A DNA stretch of 64,000 bases from Lingula anatina (lineage: Eukaryota > Animalia > Brachiopoda). Below, one piece after another: positions 37,539 to 53,100 of the stretch. The notes under the pieces are model-generated. The model did no database searches and was not told the origin of the DNA. It saw nothing but the letters and a program-made list of their open reading frames with translations. Made by a program: the position numbers and the translations under genes. The stretch spans positions 1,612,001 to 1,676,000 of the forward strand of contig CM120645.1 in the NCBI GenBank assembly GCA_051362555.1, given 5' to 3'. How positions within the stretch are numbered: position 1 is the stretch's first letter; each line of letters starts with the position of its first letter.

Positions 37539-39015
37539 TTAATGAATCACAACTTCGTCATCTGCAGATCTTTCATTCTTGGCTAACAGAGCAGTTTGCT
37601 GGTCAGCCTGGTCAGATTTATACGTATCTGAAGGATGCTGACCATTAGCGATGCACTTCCGTTTTTGTTCCTCTTCCTCCTCGTCTTTCTGCTGCCTCGC
37701 TAGGAGGCGCTTCTGTGATAACTTTCTGTCGAAAGAGGGCGTGTCTACTGGAGTGGAATACGCAGGCCTATTCGTCGTTTCCATCCAAGGGTGATGTGAA
37801 TTTGCGCTGTAGGAATAAAAGCGAAGTCCTGATGGGTAATTCTGGTAGCGAGACTGCCAGAGAAGCACAACGAGCCATATTGAAACCCCACAGCCAATGG
37901 CGTTGAGAGCACACTGTAATATGAGATTATCTTTTATACTGGTGAAAGTCTCAGGACGACAGTCAAGAAGGTGAGGGTAAGCGTACACCCTCACCATCCC
38001 ATTGTCATCACCCAGATGACAGTAACAGATTTCATTAGTTCTTACACAGTCTCCAGTGTACTGTGCGATACGGCGACCATGGATACCCGGGAATATACTG
38101 GCTACGATGCACACAAATACGCTAATGGCGGACAGGGTAAAAACCACTGCCTGAAAAAATAAAAAGAAAATTATGTACAAAAAAGAGCTTCTGTCATTTT
38201 TTGCAATTATAATATGCATAGATAGATACACCTTTATGATACACCATATAAACATACGTCTTTTAATACTTTAATTCAACTGAAAAAAAAGATTTTGACC
38301 TATTTTCAAACAAACAAAAAGAAATTATAAACCAACCAGACGAAATATAATAAAAATTCTTAAAAATTTAAAACAAGCAAATGTACTGTGTTAGTTGAGG
38401 ATAACTGAACTTCAGTCACAGAATGTGTTAGATGTTCTCTTAGTTCAATCTGTTGAACACAATATCTGATGGCAATACGAGCTAGGGTTTTGATAAATAC
38501 ACCATGCTGAGACAGACAGAGGCACTTCTCTAATTTCACGTTTTGACCAAGTGAAAAGCTTTGAAAATGAATACACTGTAATCTTAATCCTAAAATATAT
38601 ATAACCAACATGTTAAGACTGCTTATGCATAACATAAAGAACTATGAAAATGGGCTTTATAAAGGATCTTCAGCCAAAAAATTTTCTAACAGAAACTTAA
38701 ATATGAAAAAAAAGGTGATTTTGTCAAAGAATTAATCTGATATTTAATGTGTATCGAATCATTTTAACACTTACAAGTAAATTTTAAGATTGTGCATCTT
38801 ACCACTATTTGTTTTTATTGTAAAATTCAACTTTTTAAGTTGCAAATAAATACATATTATTATTATTATTATTATTATAGATGTGAGAGTACCTGCAGCT
38901 CACAGAAGCACACCGCTGAGGAAGGGGAACAGTCTGTCTCTGAAACCTTCAAATGAGCTTGAAACCAACAGAGTGGGAATAATGTAAACTATCCGTAAAT
39001 TTGTAGCCTGTGTGT

Positions 39016-39046
<31 letters not shown>

Positions 39047-42000
39047 GGGGGGATGGACATCCTTCCCTGCCCAATTCTTATATGCTAGATTTACCAATTA
39101 TATCTTTAAGGCTGACCTTGCACATCTTTTTTTTTTTTGTGAAAGACAAAAAAAGAAGGAACTCACTACATTGGTTCCTGTGTTTACAGAATATTACACA
39201 CAGCTCCATGTAGACCACACAGAACTTTGGGTGCATTCAGACAAGGTCAGACTTAGACCAAAAACCATTCTTTGTCAAGTTAAAAATTAGGTCTTTTTTT
39301 CACATGGAATGGTATACATAACTGGACTGGAATGGATCAGTTGGAGAGATAGACAACTGAATACACTGGCTTTTTTGTGAGAGAGTCACTACATGGGGCC
39401 AAAAGCTAACTTGTACAGGAATTGTGCAAGGGGAGAAATACACAAGTGCATGGTGTCATTCTTCAATTGTAATTTAGGTATTTAGTCTTCATCTATTAAT
39501 CGTACTTCCTGTGGTGACCATATCTTAAACAAATGGCTGACTGAGAAAGGTCAAAGTTAAACCAAGCTGGTTCAATCTCATTTAACTCGGAGCATGACCC
39601 AATACTGGATTGGGACTATGTCTGGGTCTAAACGCGCCCACTTAGTGCAATGTGGAGGGCAAATGTGTTCCTGTTATCACAATGTTAGCTCTATATTATC
39701 TTCACAGCTCTATCTCCTAGAGAGGCATCTCAATGACTTTGGGGGCTCACGCAATGTTAGACAACTTTGGCATTGATGTATTGTAACCTAAATTTTCTGC
39801 TCCTCGAATTCCTCCTTTTTATTATTATCTATAAACCGTGGTAAATGCCAACCAACAGCAACTGCACTGTTTCACATGTTAAAATGCACTGCAGAAATGG
39901 TTGGTTGCGCAATCGATTGGGCCTTTTTTTTTCTTCTTCTTATATTTTTTACAGCAAGCTTGTTTGCAACAAAATGTCAAATGTTATAATACTGTATCCT
40001 ATTGATTTTTTTCTAAATGGAATAAATTTTTTAGGGGGAAAGGAAGAATAAACAGGATCTTGAACTGTGTTTCTGTCAATGGTCAGATCTCATCCAGAGG
40101 TTTACATTTTATTGAATAATTAATTTATTGTACACCAGTAGCAACTGCATAAATACGTACGTATGCCTTGGAGTTTTTGAACTTTGCTCTTTAATATGAC
40201 ATTTAAGTCAAATAATTCAAGAAAAGGGTGATTACTTCAGCCATGAAATAAACTCCTGTCAGTGAATAGGGTTATTTTACATTGATGCCAAATATATTCA
40301 TTAGAATAACACTGCTCCCAAATTCTTCTCATTACTTCCTTCTCTTGTTTTAATGACATTTTTTGCAATTTTCCTTGGCAGTAAACAATTCTTTAAAAAT
40401 GTCAGGAAACATGGATTCAACTGAATTAGTTATCACATCTTTTAATCCTGAAATGAATGAACATCCGAAAATATCATCAAAATTTGTGAGGAATTTTCTG
40501 AGATGTCCACTAGCTAACAAACACACACACAGGTTGAAGACACCATCACCTTTATGGCAGCACTCATAAGCAAAGAAAAACAAAATCTCTGCCAAGAAGA
40601 ATAGACAACAGTCTTCCTTTAAATCATTGTAAGTCCTCTCATTGGCATTTTATGAGATATTCAATTATGAGAACCGTTAGCATAAAAGGGCAACACTGTG
40701 TGCAACTAAGCTACCTGTAGTGCTGCAATTAAATGTACACTAGGACCACTGACACCTACTAATACCCAAGATTACCCAAAGAATCTCAGTTCTTTCAGCA
40801 ATAAGCACGTTCTACCACATGTGGAGATTTGCACAGTTTTCCACTTCAAATGATAAGTGTAGCAAAATGTAGTGGTAGGAGCTACATGCTTCAAACTAAT
40901 AGGTTATGTAAATACTCCCCTGTTAAAACACACGACTGAAGTGTTCACTGAAATTGGAGCATGTTTTTTGGGTGTTAACAGTAGTAATATCTAATGTGTG
41001 AACATATGCGCCAAGAATATGATCTCTGATGACTACTGAAACTTTGCAGATGACGTACTTGGGTTTACACACATTCTAAGACTGGGTTCCCATACCTAGA
41101 TCGATCTAACAGGATCGGTCCATTTCCAAGGGGTTTCTTGCAAAATTGCTTTCAGCTTAAGCAGCTTAGTTGTCTGACACGCCTACTAAAGCTGCTAGAC
41201 GATAGTTAATTACCCCCTAACAGCTGCAGTGGGCATGACAGACATCTAAACCGCTTAAGTTGATTGCAATTCAGTGAGAAATCCCTAGGAGATAGATTGA
41301 CCCAAAGTTAGTACGATAGGGTCTGGAAATGGTCCCTAATAATACAGAATTTCTAACCTTTCAGCAAATTTTTTTGTTTGGATTCTTGTATCTTAGAGTT
41401 ATGGTTTTCAAATGAATTTTATCCAAAATGTACATGCAGTGTTGCTTTAATTTTCCAAATATTTTGATTGTCTAGCTTTTCTTGAAAACTAATTTTTAAT
41501 GATGCTGTAAAAAATTTCTTCTAACAAGACACTTTTGTTTATTTTCTCTCATGATTTGATGGCTGCAAATTCACCCAAATTTCAAGATATTGTGAGCAGT
41601 ACTGAGACACATGGACATGTTAAAAGTATCCATGAGTGTGCGTACGTGTGTGCATGCATGCGTGTGTCAACTATCATACTCACCTTTATCACAAATAGCT
41701 TACAGCTGCCGCTATAATAATATCTGTTTTCAGCCACACAGAAGAAGATGGCGCCAAATACCCCTGCCAAGAAAAGCTGAAACACAAAAGAAATAAAATT
41801 ATATGACATTTTTTTTCATCAAAATTTTTGTTAATCACAAAAAAAAAAGATATTTGACAAACTGTCAGCAAGATTATTTCTGTGTTTTGGTTTTAGCATA
41901 TTCCTTCCCACTTTCAAACAGCTTGTAGACTATAACACCACTTATCTTGGAAGCAACATCTGGAAACAGGTGAAAATGGAAACTGGAATTATAAAGCTTA

Positions 42001-45000
42001 TGACATTGCATCATTCTACAGACTTTGTTTTATCTTCAAAAAATTATTAAAAGAATATAAAACATACTAGTAAATATTTAGAAACCCCTTTTGCTGGGTC
42101 TACTTAGGTGTCGCCAAGGACTTAATATTGCAATTTTTTTTTTTCATGATATAACTGAAATATCATGAATGAACCCGCTTTCAGATAAAAACATTCTACT
42201 AGTTGAATCAATCCAACTGAGCTATGGGAGATTCTCGCTGAAGTGCATTCATTGTAATCAGCTTACAGAGCCAAGCGCACACAATAGTTAATTACCCCCT
42301 TGGTGGTCGAGGAGGCACATCAGACAATTAAGCTGATTACAATGACTGCACTTATGCAAGGATCCCTGTAGAGTTGGACCTGAATGCTTCCTGCAGTTGA
42401 GACACTTTCCTTGGGAGATGACAGTAAATATGGCCGATTGTATTCCATATATCACAGTATCACAAGTATTACAATATGTAAAATGTGCAGCAACAGCATC
42501 TTTATCATTGATTAAATGAACATCTATCACTTAAGAGAATTAAATCTGCATAATTATAGAATTCTGCACAACAAGTACAAGAAAACACTTTCCCTGGACA
42601 TAATAACAATAACCCTATTCATCTGCGACACCGCAGTGGCCAGCTAAACATTTTAGAGTCGTCAATGTGACTCCCTTTTGACCCAGCATTTGTTAATTAA
42701 ATTCCATGGAACAAATTGAAGTGACCTGCGTTTGCACTGCATAGGTAGAAACACAATCAAAAACACAGGGATAATCCAAGTTCAGCCATTTTACTCACAG
42801 CATCTGCTGTCTGTCTGATATGGCACATCAAAAGAAACATATTACCAAGAAGTTCGTACATCTATTCGTGTTCAACACATAGGCTCTGAAAGTTCTAAGG
42901 ATGTATAAATCTACTCTTTATGGTGTTAACAGCAGTAGAATAATACCTGAAAACAAAAGAAAATGAGTAGCGGCATGTTTACTGAGATTGCAGCTGATGG
43001 TCTTTTCAAATTTTGAACTGGATCTACAAAAGTGGAGCCAGGCATAAATTCTAGATGTCAGATCATGTTCATCATAATTTTAAACATAAAAGTGAATGCA
43101 ATGTCTCCTTTGCGATGTAAATCTTAATGAATCAAAATTTTGAGGAAAATCTTCAATGTACTTAAGTTTGAAAAAAAAAACATAATAACACAAACACATT
43201 GGTGTAAATTAATGAACCATCACAATCACCAAGACAAAATTGATTCTATTAAATCAATTACAAATTTTAAGTTACATTTTGGTGGATCTTTTTTGATTTT
43301 TACGATAAAATCAGTCTGAAATAGTTGACTGCACAAGACATACTTCAGTAAATTCAGATAACATGTTTGGGAGGTTGGGGGGGGGGGGGGAAGATGGGGT
43401 TGTTATAGTACCTTTGGGACATGTATTCCTTTTCGAATTGTTTGAAATGATGCACTTACTAGTATGTTTAATTTGCATTTAAACTCAGACCTTAGAAGAA
43501 AATGCATGTTTAAAGATTTGTACTGGGTAAATTTGTACTTCTCAAATGGATTCTTCAATCACCGGCACCATCAGGAGACCATCGCCAATGACATGACCCA
43601 CTGGTGATAAATAGCTTGATAAAAATGTCAGAATAATGGTGAAATATACCATTGGAACAAAACAAAAGCAAACCTAAGCTTTAAAAATTGATTCAATTGC
43701 AAGTTTAAATATCACATCGTCCTGGCAATTTGTTCCTCCTGGAACCGGAGTGTTCCCCAGAAATGCCAGGGTAGCCCTCCCAGACCTGTACCATCTGAGA
43801 ACAATTCTGGGAAACAAGTAGATGTTTACATTCATTTTGACCTCTGTATGGACATGATGCAATTACAGTCGCAGAAAAAATGTCAGTGGCAGCATTGGGC
43901 CTTAATTTGCTCAGCCATTTTAGGACAAATACTGTATTTCAAACTTACTTAAGGAAATAGTCATGCAACTTTGAATTTCACGCTTGGGATTTATGACATC
44001 CATCAATTAATGTCCAAAATACAGCTCTTGCAACTGTCACCTTTGTCAATCCCTGCAGAAGTAACACTGTGGCAGTAAATATTATTATTATTATTATTTT
44101 TATTATTATTTATAATATCATTGTATTTGGTAGTGCAGAGAGCTGGTAAATGTGACACTGTATCAGAGCCCATAGCCAGGGGGTGGGGTTCGGGAGGTTT
44201 GCAAGAACCCCCTTTTTGCTGGGAAAAGGTCCACTCTGGGTAAAATTTTCTCTAGGTACAATAAAGTTTCATGGTAAAAAGTCCACTTTTCCAGAAAAAA
44301 AGAACACCCCCTTTGATATCGCTGGCTACAATCTGGGTATCATTACAGTTCCAGTTCAAATTCTAGACAGAACTTAACAAACAATGCACCGATTTTAACA
44401 AAATGCAAGAGAAAAAGCACCCCGGTGTAGGAGATTGCAATGAGTATAGACAGAAAGTACTTCTGATTTCCCTAGCTTCCTTGGAAATTGAGTTTACTAG
44501 ACCAAATCTACTGTCAAAACAAGAGTTTCTAACCCCTTTTAATTGAGTACAAACCTTAATAGGATTCCTCCACCACATAAATGACACTTTGCTAAATATA
44601 TCGATCTCGTTGTCAAAACCTGTTAAAATTAGGAATCTTGAAAGGCAGACTAGTTGAATTAATTGTGTGATTTCTGGATGAATAATAATGACGGTAATGT
44701 TTAAGTTAATTCTATTTTCTCCTGGCTTGGGCACAAAAGTGGCAATTAACGGTTAGGTGCAGAGGGGAATCTTTTGACAGCCTTCAAACAGACAGGTGGA
44801 TAGCTTTTTGTTTCTTTTTTTTTTTTTTTACTTTTTGCAATGAATTTTTGATTTGCAATACATTTTTTAATGACCATCTATATACAAAATATTTGACTCA
44901 CTGTTCCCATCATTATTTGTATATGCTGTCTAGAATCAAGTTTCCTTTTTTTAATCTGGCCAAGTCAGTGCCTTGCATATTTATACTATCAACACTAGTA

Positions 45001-47114
45001 GTTACCGTATCTAGTCTTTATACCTATATAAATATACATATACTTATTCTGTACCTGTGCAGCAACCAAATATTAATACATTAATAAAATATTCAGTTTA
45101 TTGAAATATTCAAAACAGACTGCGGTGTGATCTGTCCATGGATAGAACCCACCACTCATACCTTCAGGAGTACAGCCCCCCTCTCCCTGAGCCACCTATC
45201 CTCATTTACACCAAAAATAATTCAATAGACATCCTAATAGACATTTCACTCAAACATGGAAGCTTAGACTGAATACAAAAAGGCATGATCACAAAATCAA
45301 TAACATTTGTTGGAGAGAGATAGAGGAGTTTATTCTATTGAAGTATCCTGATCTCGTAGGAATTGTCAACAGGCCCAGAGGTATTCGAAATGTGGCCAAT
45401 TACTCGTTAAAATCTGAAGCCGTGTCTAATATCGTGTCCTGCCCCACATGCATATCTCAAAGCACCACGCAAGCTTTAATCATGCAACATTGCTTCGTAT
45501 TTAAAGGCACATGTTGATACTTAAAATTAATTATTTTTTAAATGAGAAAAAAAGTGGAATATCATTCAGAATGTACATGTATTATTTTGTAATCCATGCT
45601 GGACGTGCATCAAAGGATGAATTTGCGGCTCGAGTGTTTTTTGCTGGTCTGCAAACCATACACACATTTTTTAGGGTGGGGGAGCAGGGGGGGGGGGGGG
45701 TTAATAAAGCTCCCCCCTCCCTTGGAAACCCTGGATCTACTCCTGCACATCATAGCTGCATATTTACAACACATAAAAGTGTTCAGTTGCATTATCTCTC
45801 CAATTCTGAAAAATCAATTTTCTATGCATTCATGTCCTAGTAATTACCCTGCTTTATCTTTCACTGCATGCAAGGTTGTCAAAACATTTTACTTGATGTC
45901 ATTTCTTGGCAACTTGATATATGACATTGAAGATGTCCAGTGGCCGTGAACTGTAAACAAATGATTAAATGTTGAATTCAAGTAAAACCTGACACACGTG
46001 ATGTGCATGTGCATGTAGACATCAAACGAACACATCTGGTCACACTCAGTGATGTATAACAAGTCATATATATGTGTATTTGCGAGTGCCTCGTATCCCC
46101 ACAATTGCAATGCAATATGGGATTTGATAAATGTCAGATTTTGGTGTCAAAGAAAGTTAAATTTGACCTGCTACCAAGAAAACGCCAAAATTGAAAAGTT
46201 AGCTCCAATAAAATGTCTTTCTCATCTCTCTCTCATTCTCTCTCTCTCTCTCTTGTGTGCCCTAGCTGTTCTTTTAGACTGTTGGCAGTAAAGGTCGTAA
46301 AGGGCTCTCCATGGTTCTCTCTCCTTGGCAAATTTAATCATCACTTTGGTGTTCGCTCTCATAGACTGACCGGCTGATGATTTTCAGAAAATGCACGGTG
46401 TTGCATATTCTACAGTTTTTCTCTCAGTGGACTGCAATGTTTCATCCAGAGAGCCAAAGATCGGCACTTTTCAAAACATTGACATTTATTAGTTTACTGT
46501 GATTCCCAGCACTCTGCAACTTGGAAAGATGTTTTGATAGGATGAGTTAAAAGGTTGTATTTTTCGATGCAAATGACTTCCAGGGTGAGGAAGATAAGGA
46601 GATAGACCACTCTATTGAAGGCAGTCTAACAATTTCATGGTGAAAATGTGATGAAATGTCCATCCATATAAACATGAGGCTTTAGTGGAGCAGGCAAGAC
46701 AAGACAAACAATGCATCATAACATCTTCTCTGGCATAAATAACAAGTGAATTTTATTCTGCACTGCCCAGGGCACTGATACATTTTTGGCAATATATGCA
46801 ATTGGAAATGTAAAACAATTTTGAATTCTTGTTACAGTTTGCTGTAACACAGCAGTGGAATGCAAGCGAGGGTGAGGGGGGGGGGAGGGAAGGAGACAAC
46901 TATTTGAGCGTTTTAGTTGATTGTGAAATGTTATAACAGGGTGATACCCTCACTCAAAATGATTTGATACACTTAGTATGATATTTCATTATGAAAATGA
47001 GCAATTCCACATTTCAAATCTATGGCAAACTGTCATCTTATTACCTCATCTATTTGTCTCTTACAGGCACAGATATTGTGGTATCTTGCACAAACCCCTA
47101 CATGTGCTTCATTA

Positions 47115-47151
<37 letters not shown>

Positions 47152-50100
47152 CAACTGCGCTGACAATCACAAACACGCAAACATGCATGCATAAATGCAA
47201 ACATACTAACACCCTTATAAAAATAATTAACATTTCATTTTTCAAACCCAGTCAAGTGGAAAGCAAGGTCAACACGACCTTGTAGGATGAAATATTGAAT
47301 AACCATCCTCTTTCCAGGGATTCCAATCAGTCCCAGATTTCCAATCATCTCATTTAATTTGATTTTCCATTAAATGTCAGCAATGGCTTCATGAGATGAC
47401 AGTGTGAAGGGAAGAAAACATGGTGCTATTTATACAATTCATTGATCTTTGTTGGACAAAAATGTCTGGCCTCTCCTGGGTATTATAAAATAATGGGAAA
47501 TTCAGAAAAATCTATGGCAAGGTGTCAATTGACTTTAGCACATTATCAGTGTATACGGGACTAGGAGCACAGAACGACTTATTTAGCAACAAATAAATAA
47601 ATAAATGAAATAAAAATTAATCTATTAAATAGCAGAGCCCTGACATATTAGCTGTCACATCTAACACAACCTTATTTTACTGTCCTTTTTATATGGAGTG
47701 TCAACTTCAACTGAACTCTTCATAAAAAAAAAAAAAACATTTATCCAAATGGGTTCCAGACATTATAAGTAAATATTGACCAACTTCACCATTTCTTGCC
47801 ATTACAGGCCCCCTGTGTTTGTAATTTAGCACCACATGGAAGTTAATTCTTACATCAAACATTGACAAAATGGTATCACATGATGGTGATGACCCCCTAA
47901 TCAGTGAATTGATACCCCAACTATCAGAAACATTATTTTACTGCCTTTTTCAATTGTTTTAATATGAAACTGATGCATATTCCTTAAAGGCAAATAATCT
48001 GCATTTAGAAATGCCCTAAAGTCAGATATTTGTCTTCATATCCTACAAAGCCACTTATCTGTCCCAATTCAGACCTTTAAAATGATGAAAAAAAAATCCT
48101 CAACTAAAAATACCTGGTGTCAATATTTCCTTCTGGAATTTTCTTGAAGATATCACAGAAGTCTAAGTATTAAGTTATGATTCCTGAGGAGGACTATATT
48201 ACTTTTTTAGGAAAATACCAGAAAGAACACGCTGAACATTATTAGATGCTATGGACAATGAAAACCCTTGTTTCATTGATGTTTATATCGAAAAACAGGA
48301 ACCCTTAAAAACATCTGTAATACAAAGGGAATATATGGTGATATTTTAAGCCATTTGAAAGTAGTATATCAGTTATGATTTGATTTATTCTATTAAAATG
48401 TATGTGATTGAAATTTTAATTTCATTCAATTATTTATTTGTTTTGGATTTAAAATTGATACAACAAGCAGTGACCCAATAATGAACTGTCTTGACTTCAT
48501 CTCAAGTCCGAAATCTCAAACATCTTTCATTTAAAAAAAAAGGGACCACACTTAACTGATGTCCTTATATCCACCCTTCATTCTCCCATATATGACGTCA
48601 ATGGCTGCATTCACAATAGCCAATCAAATGTGACGACACACTTGAAAGCTTGCTCTCTAATCTCCTCAACGACACTAAATAGATTCCCCTCGGGTATTAC
48701 ACATTAAGGATTCAATGATGCCCTCATATCAACCTTTAATACTACCATAAATGACGTCAGTGTCTATAAGCTGCTTCTCCTAATAACCTCTTGCCACCAA
48801 TTTTCCTTTGTCGGTATTAAGTCATATATTTCCTATCCTAAAGTAAAATATAAATATATCTATGACATGAATTGCTTGATATCACAAGCCAAAATCCCTA
48901 CATTGAGCTTTTTTTCAGTTATAGTCGTGAAAACCAAACTTTTCTCATTCCAATAGTAGTATATCAAAGCAGGCTGTATTTGACTGATAATTTCACTCCT
49001 TTGGCGTCAGCAGTGTTATAACCATCACTATCACATGGGCCTGTTCAAACAAGGACTGCTCTGGATCGGAAGTTGGAACAGCTGGTGTCTGGCTCATTCA
49101 CAGACCAGATTGAAACTAAACAAAAGAATTTAAACATGGAACTGTATTGCTGAATCCAAAATGAGGGCATTGTGAAATATGATCATTTTCCATGGTGTAA
49201 GTTTATCTGGTTTTCGGTCTGAAGTGTGCTTTGTTTACACGGGCCTTCAACTTATAAGGTCAGGAATTGAAGCAGACCTAATGAAGCTCTAGTAATTCAT
49301 CAATCTGAAATTTAATCCCACTAAAAGCTCCAACAGAGACTAGAATAAAACAATGTCATCATATGCCATGCATGCACTGTAACAATTGGATTATGAATAA
49401 GATCTCTTCTTCCAGTTGTCTATATATATCTCCGTCTTTTATCTCCATTTTACTATTTGTTCTTCTTATTGATGATCATGCCACGTTAATTAGCTTGAAT
49501 AAGTTATTTTTGCGCTATAACATGCATTACTTTTCATTACTGTCAACAAAAATTTACAAGATATCAATATATGCATGACTAAATATTTGCGGAATGTATG
49601 TGTATGTGTGTGTTCATGGCCTTATGCACATACACATGCACCTGCACATTATGTTGCATGTTATCATACGCACCTGAATGCACGACGTATTCAGCACAAA
49701 TTTTTTTAGTGATCATTCCCCAAAACAGCTGATAAACCAATCACTTAATGACATAAAAAAATAGAATCATGGCAAAAGCATCCGGTTAATCAGATGTGAA
49801 CCACATTCACAGAGGTTTACACAATAAAACCATTTTCAGATGACCGTCTTAATATATATATGTCAGAAATTTAACCGACAACAACAGAATAGGGCATCTC
49901 AATTGCCGCATTCAGAACAGTGAACTAACTCATCAGTGTGTCAAATATGGCAACCAACTAAAAAGCTTGCCGTCTTATCCTCTGATAGACACTTAATAGA
50001 CTCCCCGTGGGGGAATATTCAAGTGAGTCGGCCATGTTTGATCTGTTGACTTGTTAGTCCAATGTTCTGAATGTGGCCAATATTTCAGGTTCCATCACCC

Positions 50101-53100
50101 CGAGTTTCAGATGTCAGTGAAAAGCCACCTCTCTACCATTGGTGTGTTTCTACCACTACCAAAAACTACAGAGACATAAAATGGCTGCTTTCAAAACAGC
50201 AGACTAACTAGTCCACAGGTCAAATATGGCCCACCCACTTGAATACTTCTCCACAGAGAATCTATTAGCGGATTAGACAGCAAGCTTTTTAGTCGGACGT
50301 CATAATTGGCCCGCGGACTTGTTAGTCCACTGTTCTGAATACCACCAATAAGGACTCAATCTTTTCAATAGAGATATATTATCAATCTTTAAGATACATA
50401 ATTTTGCAATCATTAATTAATATATAAAATATATTTCTGTGAAGCATCAGTGGTGCTTTAATTTACTGTATAGAAAAGAACTATAGGGACAGCCAGCTTT
50501 TCAGTTTTGTCCAAATCACTCAATAAGAATGTTCCAATTTTAAAAATCTATGACCCGAAAAATATATTCCCAATTTTCCCCATTGAAAATACAGAGTCAT
50601 TACAATAACTGTGTTTATAGGGGAGAAGTTTACAAGAACCTGTGAGGCGCAGGGCAGCGCGAGTCTAAGCCTATGCCTGAATACAATTTCTGAGTGCAGG
50701 CAATCTTCAAACCGATTAAGCTGCGCTTACTTCCATAACAGTACATTTGGGGTTCTTTAAATGGCTTTACTTAGAGATCTTTAATATCAATACTGTTTTG
50801 ATAGCTAACCCAGAAAGCAAACATCAGATTCATTGACATTCATGGCTGCCATAAAAATCTAAAAATATCTACATTACGCCACTGAAATGGGTTCTGTCGA
50901 CCTAGGCCATGCTGCATCCGCCATCAATTTCCAATAGGAAAAAAATACGTGACATCTATCTCTTTACTTCCTCGGAAAAAAAATTATACCTATAATGGTC
51001 AAAGCTAAATTGGGCCTTGTCAACATATCTCCTGTTTATCAGAACTGCTGGCAAAATCTGAGGCATTTTTCAATAGCCATTGGCAGCCGGACCCAGAAAC
51101 AAGGCTAGAATTACATGATTTATTTCTCATTTTTACAAGTGATGGATTGATATTATTACCAGGTTGACAGGACAGTGCCATTAATTACTATTCATCATTC
51201 TTCTCAAGAAAGATTTTGTCAGATATGTTCTACGTTGCACTTTTTTGGAGTAATTTTACCATGATAGGTTTCAGCTATATGTTATCTATTTAGCATCTCC
51301 AGCAGGAACAATAAGTATAAGGCACCCAAATACAGTCCTACAAGCAGGGGTTTCCTTGGGGGGGATCAACAAATTGCTCTTTTAAAGGGTAAAGGAACCT
51401 TCTGCATCAATTTTAAGCCAAGTTTTGTCCTAGATTGGTGAAATGATCAGACAACCTTTCGCAGAAATTCTCTCTCTCTCTCTCTCCCTTTGAAATTGCA
51501 TGTTGCAGATCAAATAAAATTCTCTGAACTGTTTGATTGTTCATGGTTCCAAGGATTTTATATTTACTAGCGTTTCACCGAAATAATCAGATACTTTGGA
51601 ACGAGTTATTAATGAAACTGCTGCTGCCTTTCGCTCTTTTCACAAGAACATCATCAGGCCAATGGCAACTGGGCATAGGTAGACCAAGCTGTTCAAGATT
51701 CTCACAGGGGTCGGGGGGGGGGGGGGGATAATGATTGGTCACAGGGATACCAGCTGCTCCACCCCACCCCACTCCCATCTAGAACCAGGTTATTCCGCCA
51801 ATAACTCTTCCAAGTGAGAATCAGAAAAATGGTGAATAAGAAAAAGAAAATTCTCTAAACCAAATGGCTGTGCTACACAACTTAATTCTTGGCATAAATC
51901 CAAGTCATGGAAGACGGTAATATTGAATAAGTCACATGTGAACCAAAATGATAAAACAAAAGCTATTTTTTAATCACACAAATCATTACGAAACATCCCC
52001 AGGAGCTTTGATCACCAGAGTACAGTCACATTCATCATCTCAAACTTAATTGTCTTTCATTTCTTTTGCGTCATTAAACAGAGTCCCATTGATTTAAATT
52101 TCAGTAGAATTGAGCATGTCATGTTGGTAACTTAATCAAGCAACTCGAAAAGGGTGATAAAGACATTATTTTGCAATCGCTGCAATCAGCAGGGATTTTC
52201 TTTCAAGTAATTCTGAAAAGACAACGGTATCCGATTTGGTTAAATATTTCAATGCTTATCCTTTTTTTCATAAAACAGAAGCATTTGATATTTGATTAGC
52301 TAATTAAGTGAAATTGCTTGTGAAAATCAACAAAATCTAGGCAGTCAATGTAATTAGTAGTTATGCCATCTCAATAAAAAAATCACACATCATTTTTTCA
52401 TAAATAACAGGTTGAAAATAAATCAATTCTTCTAGCTATGTAAGGAAAAAAAATATAGCTAATAGTATGTAAAATTGCTCTTAATAAGGCTTACAAAATA
52501 GAGAGAGAATTTCATCACACCATAAAACAAGTCACTCAACCAACCTACCAAAACTAGCTGCTGTTCAAAATATATGCAAGAGGGTGATATGACATTGAAA
52601 CATCATTCAACCCCCCCCCTCACCCTGCCCCACCCCACCCTACCCCGCGACCCATGGGAAAATCTTTTCTGAGCTAGAATAAATTGTAGTGAGCCAACTC
52701 ATCTAATTAAGCTGGGGTTACCCTAGCATATTCTTTTACTAAGCCAAATCACTACTTTTTCATCACTTTTTCCTCCATATACTTCGAATTTGAATTATTT
52801 AAAAACAAATCAAATCATGCCTATTTTGTTTAGCAAACTTAAGTCAGTTTTAGTGTTTGGTTAAATTGGCCAGTGTTAGCACTACCCCAGTTAACACTAT
52901 AGTTATTATGGTAGTAATTAATAACCAATTAATGGAAATATGCCAGCTATTCATGTCAGGATATTGTCTAACACAATGACAAAAATGTGCTCAACAGTCC
53001 ACAGATATTTCAACAGTCTGAGATCCTGCCAAGTTTTTTTTTTTTTTACAAAAATATGGTCTATTTTCTCTCTTCACTTACTCCTATCATCTATATGTGA

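Noticed and set aside
38892-38938. 47-nt AG...GT-bounded segment in the second sarcospan-like intron
   Set aside because: Weak splice signals and frame-shifting; the flanking exons already join cleanly.
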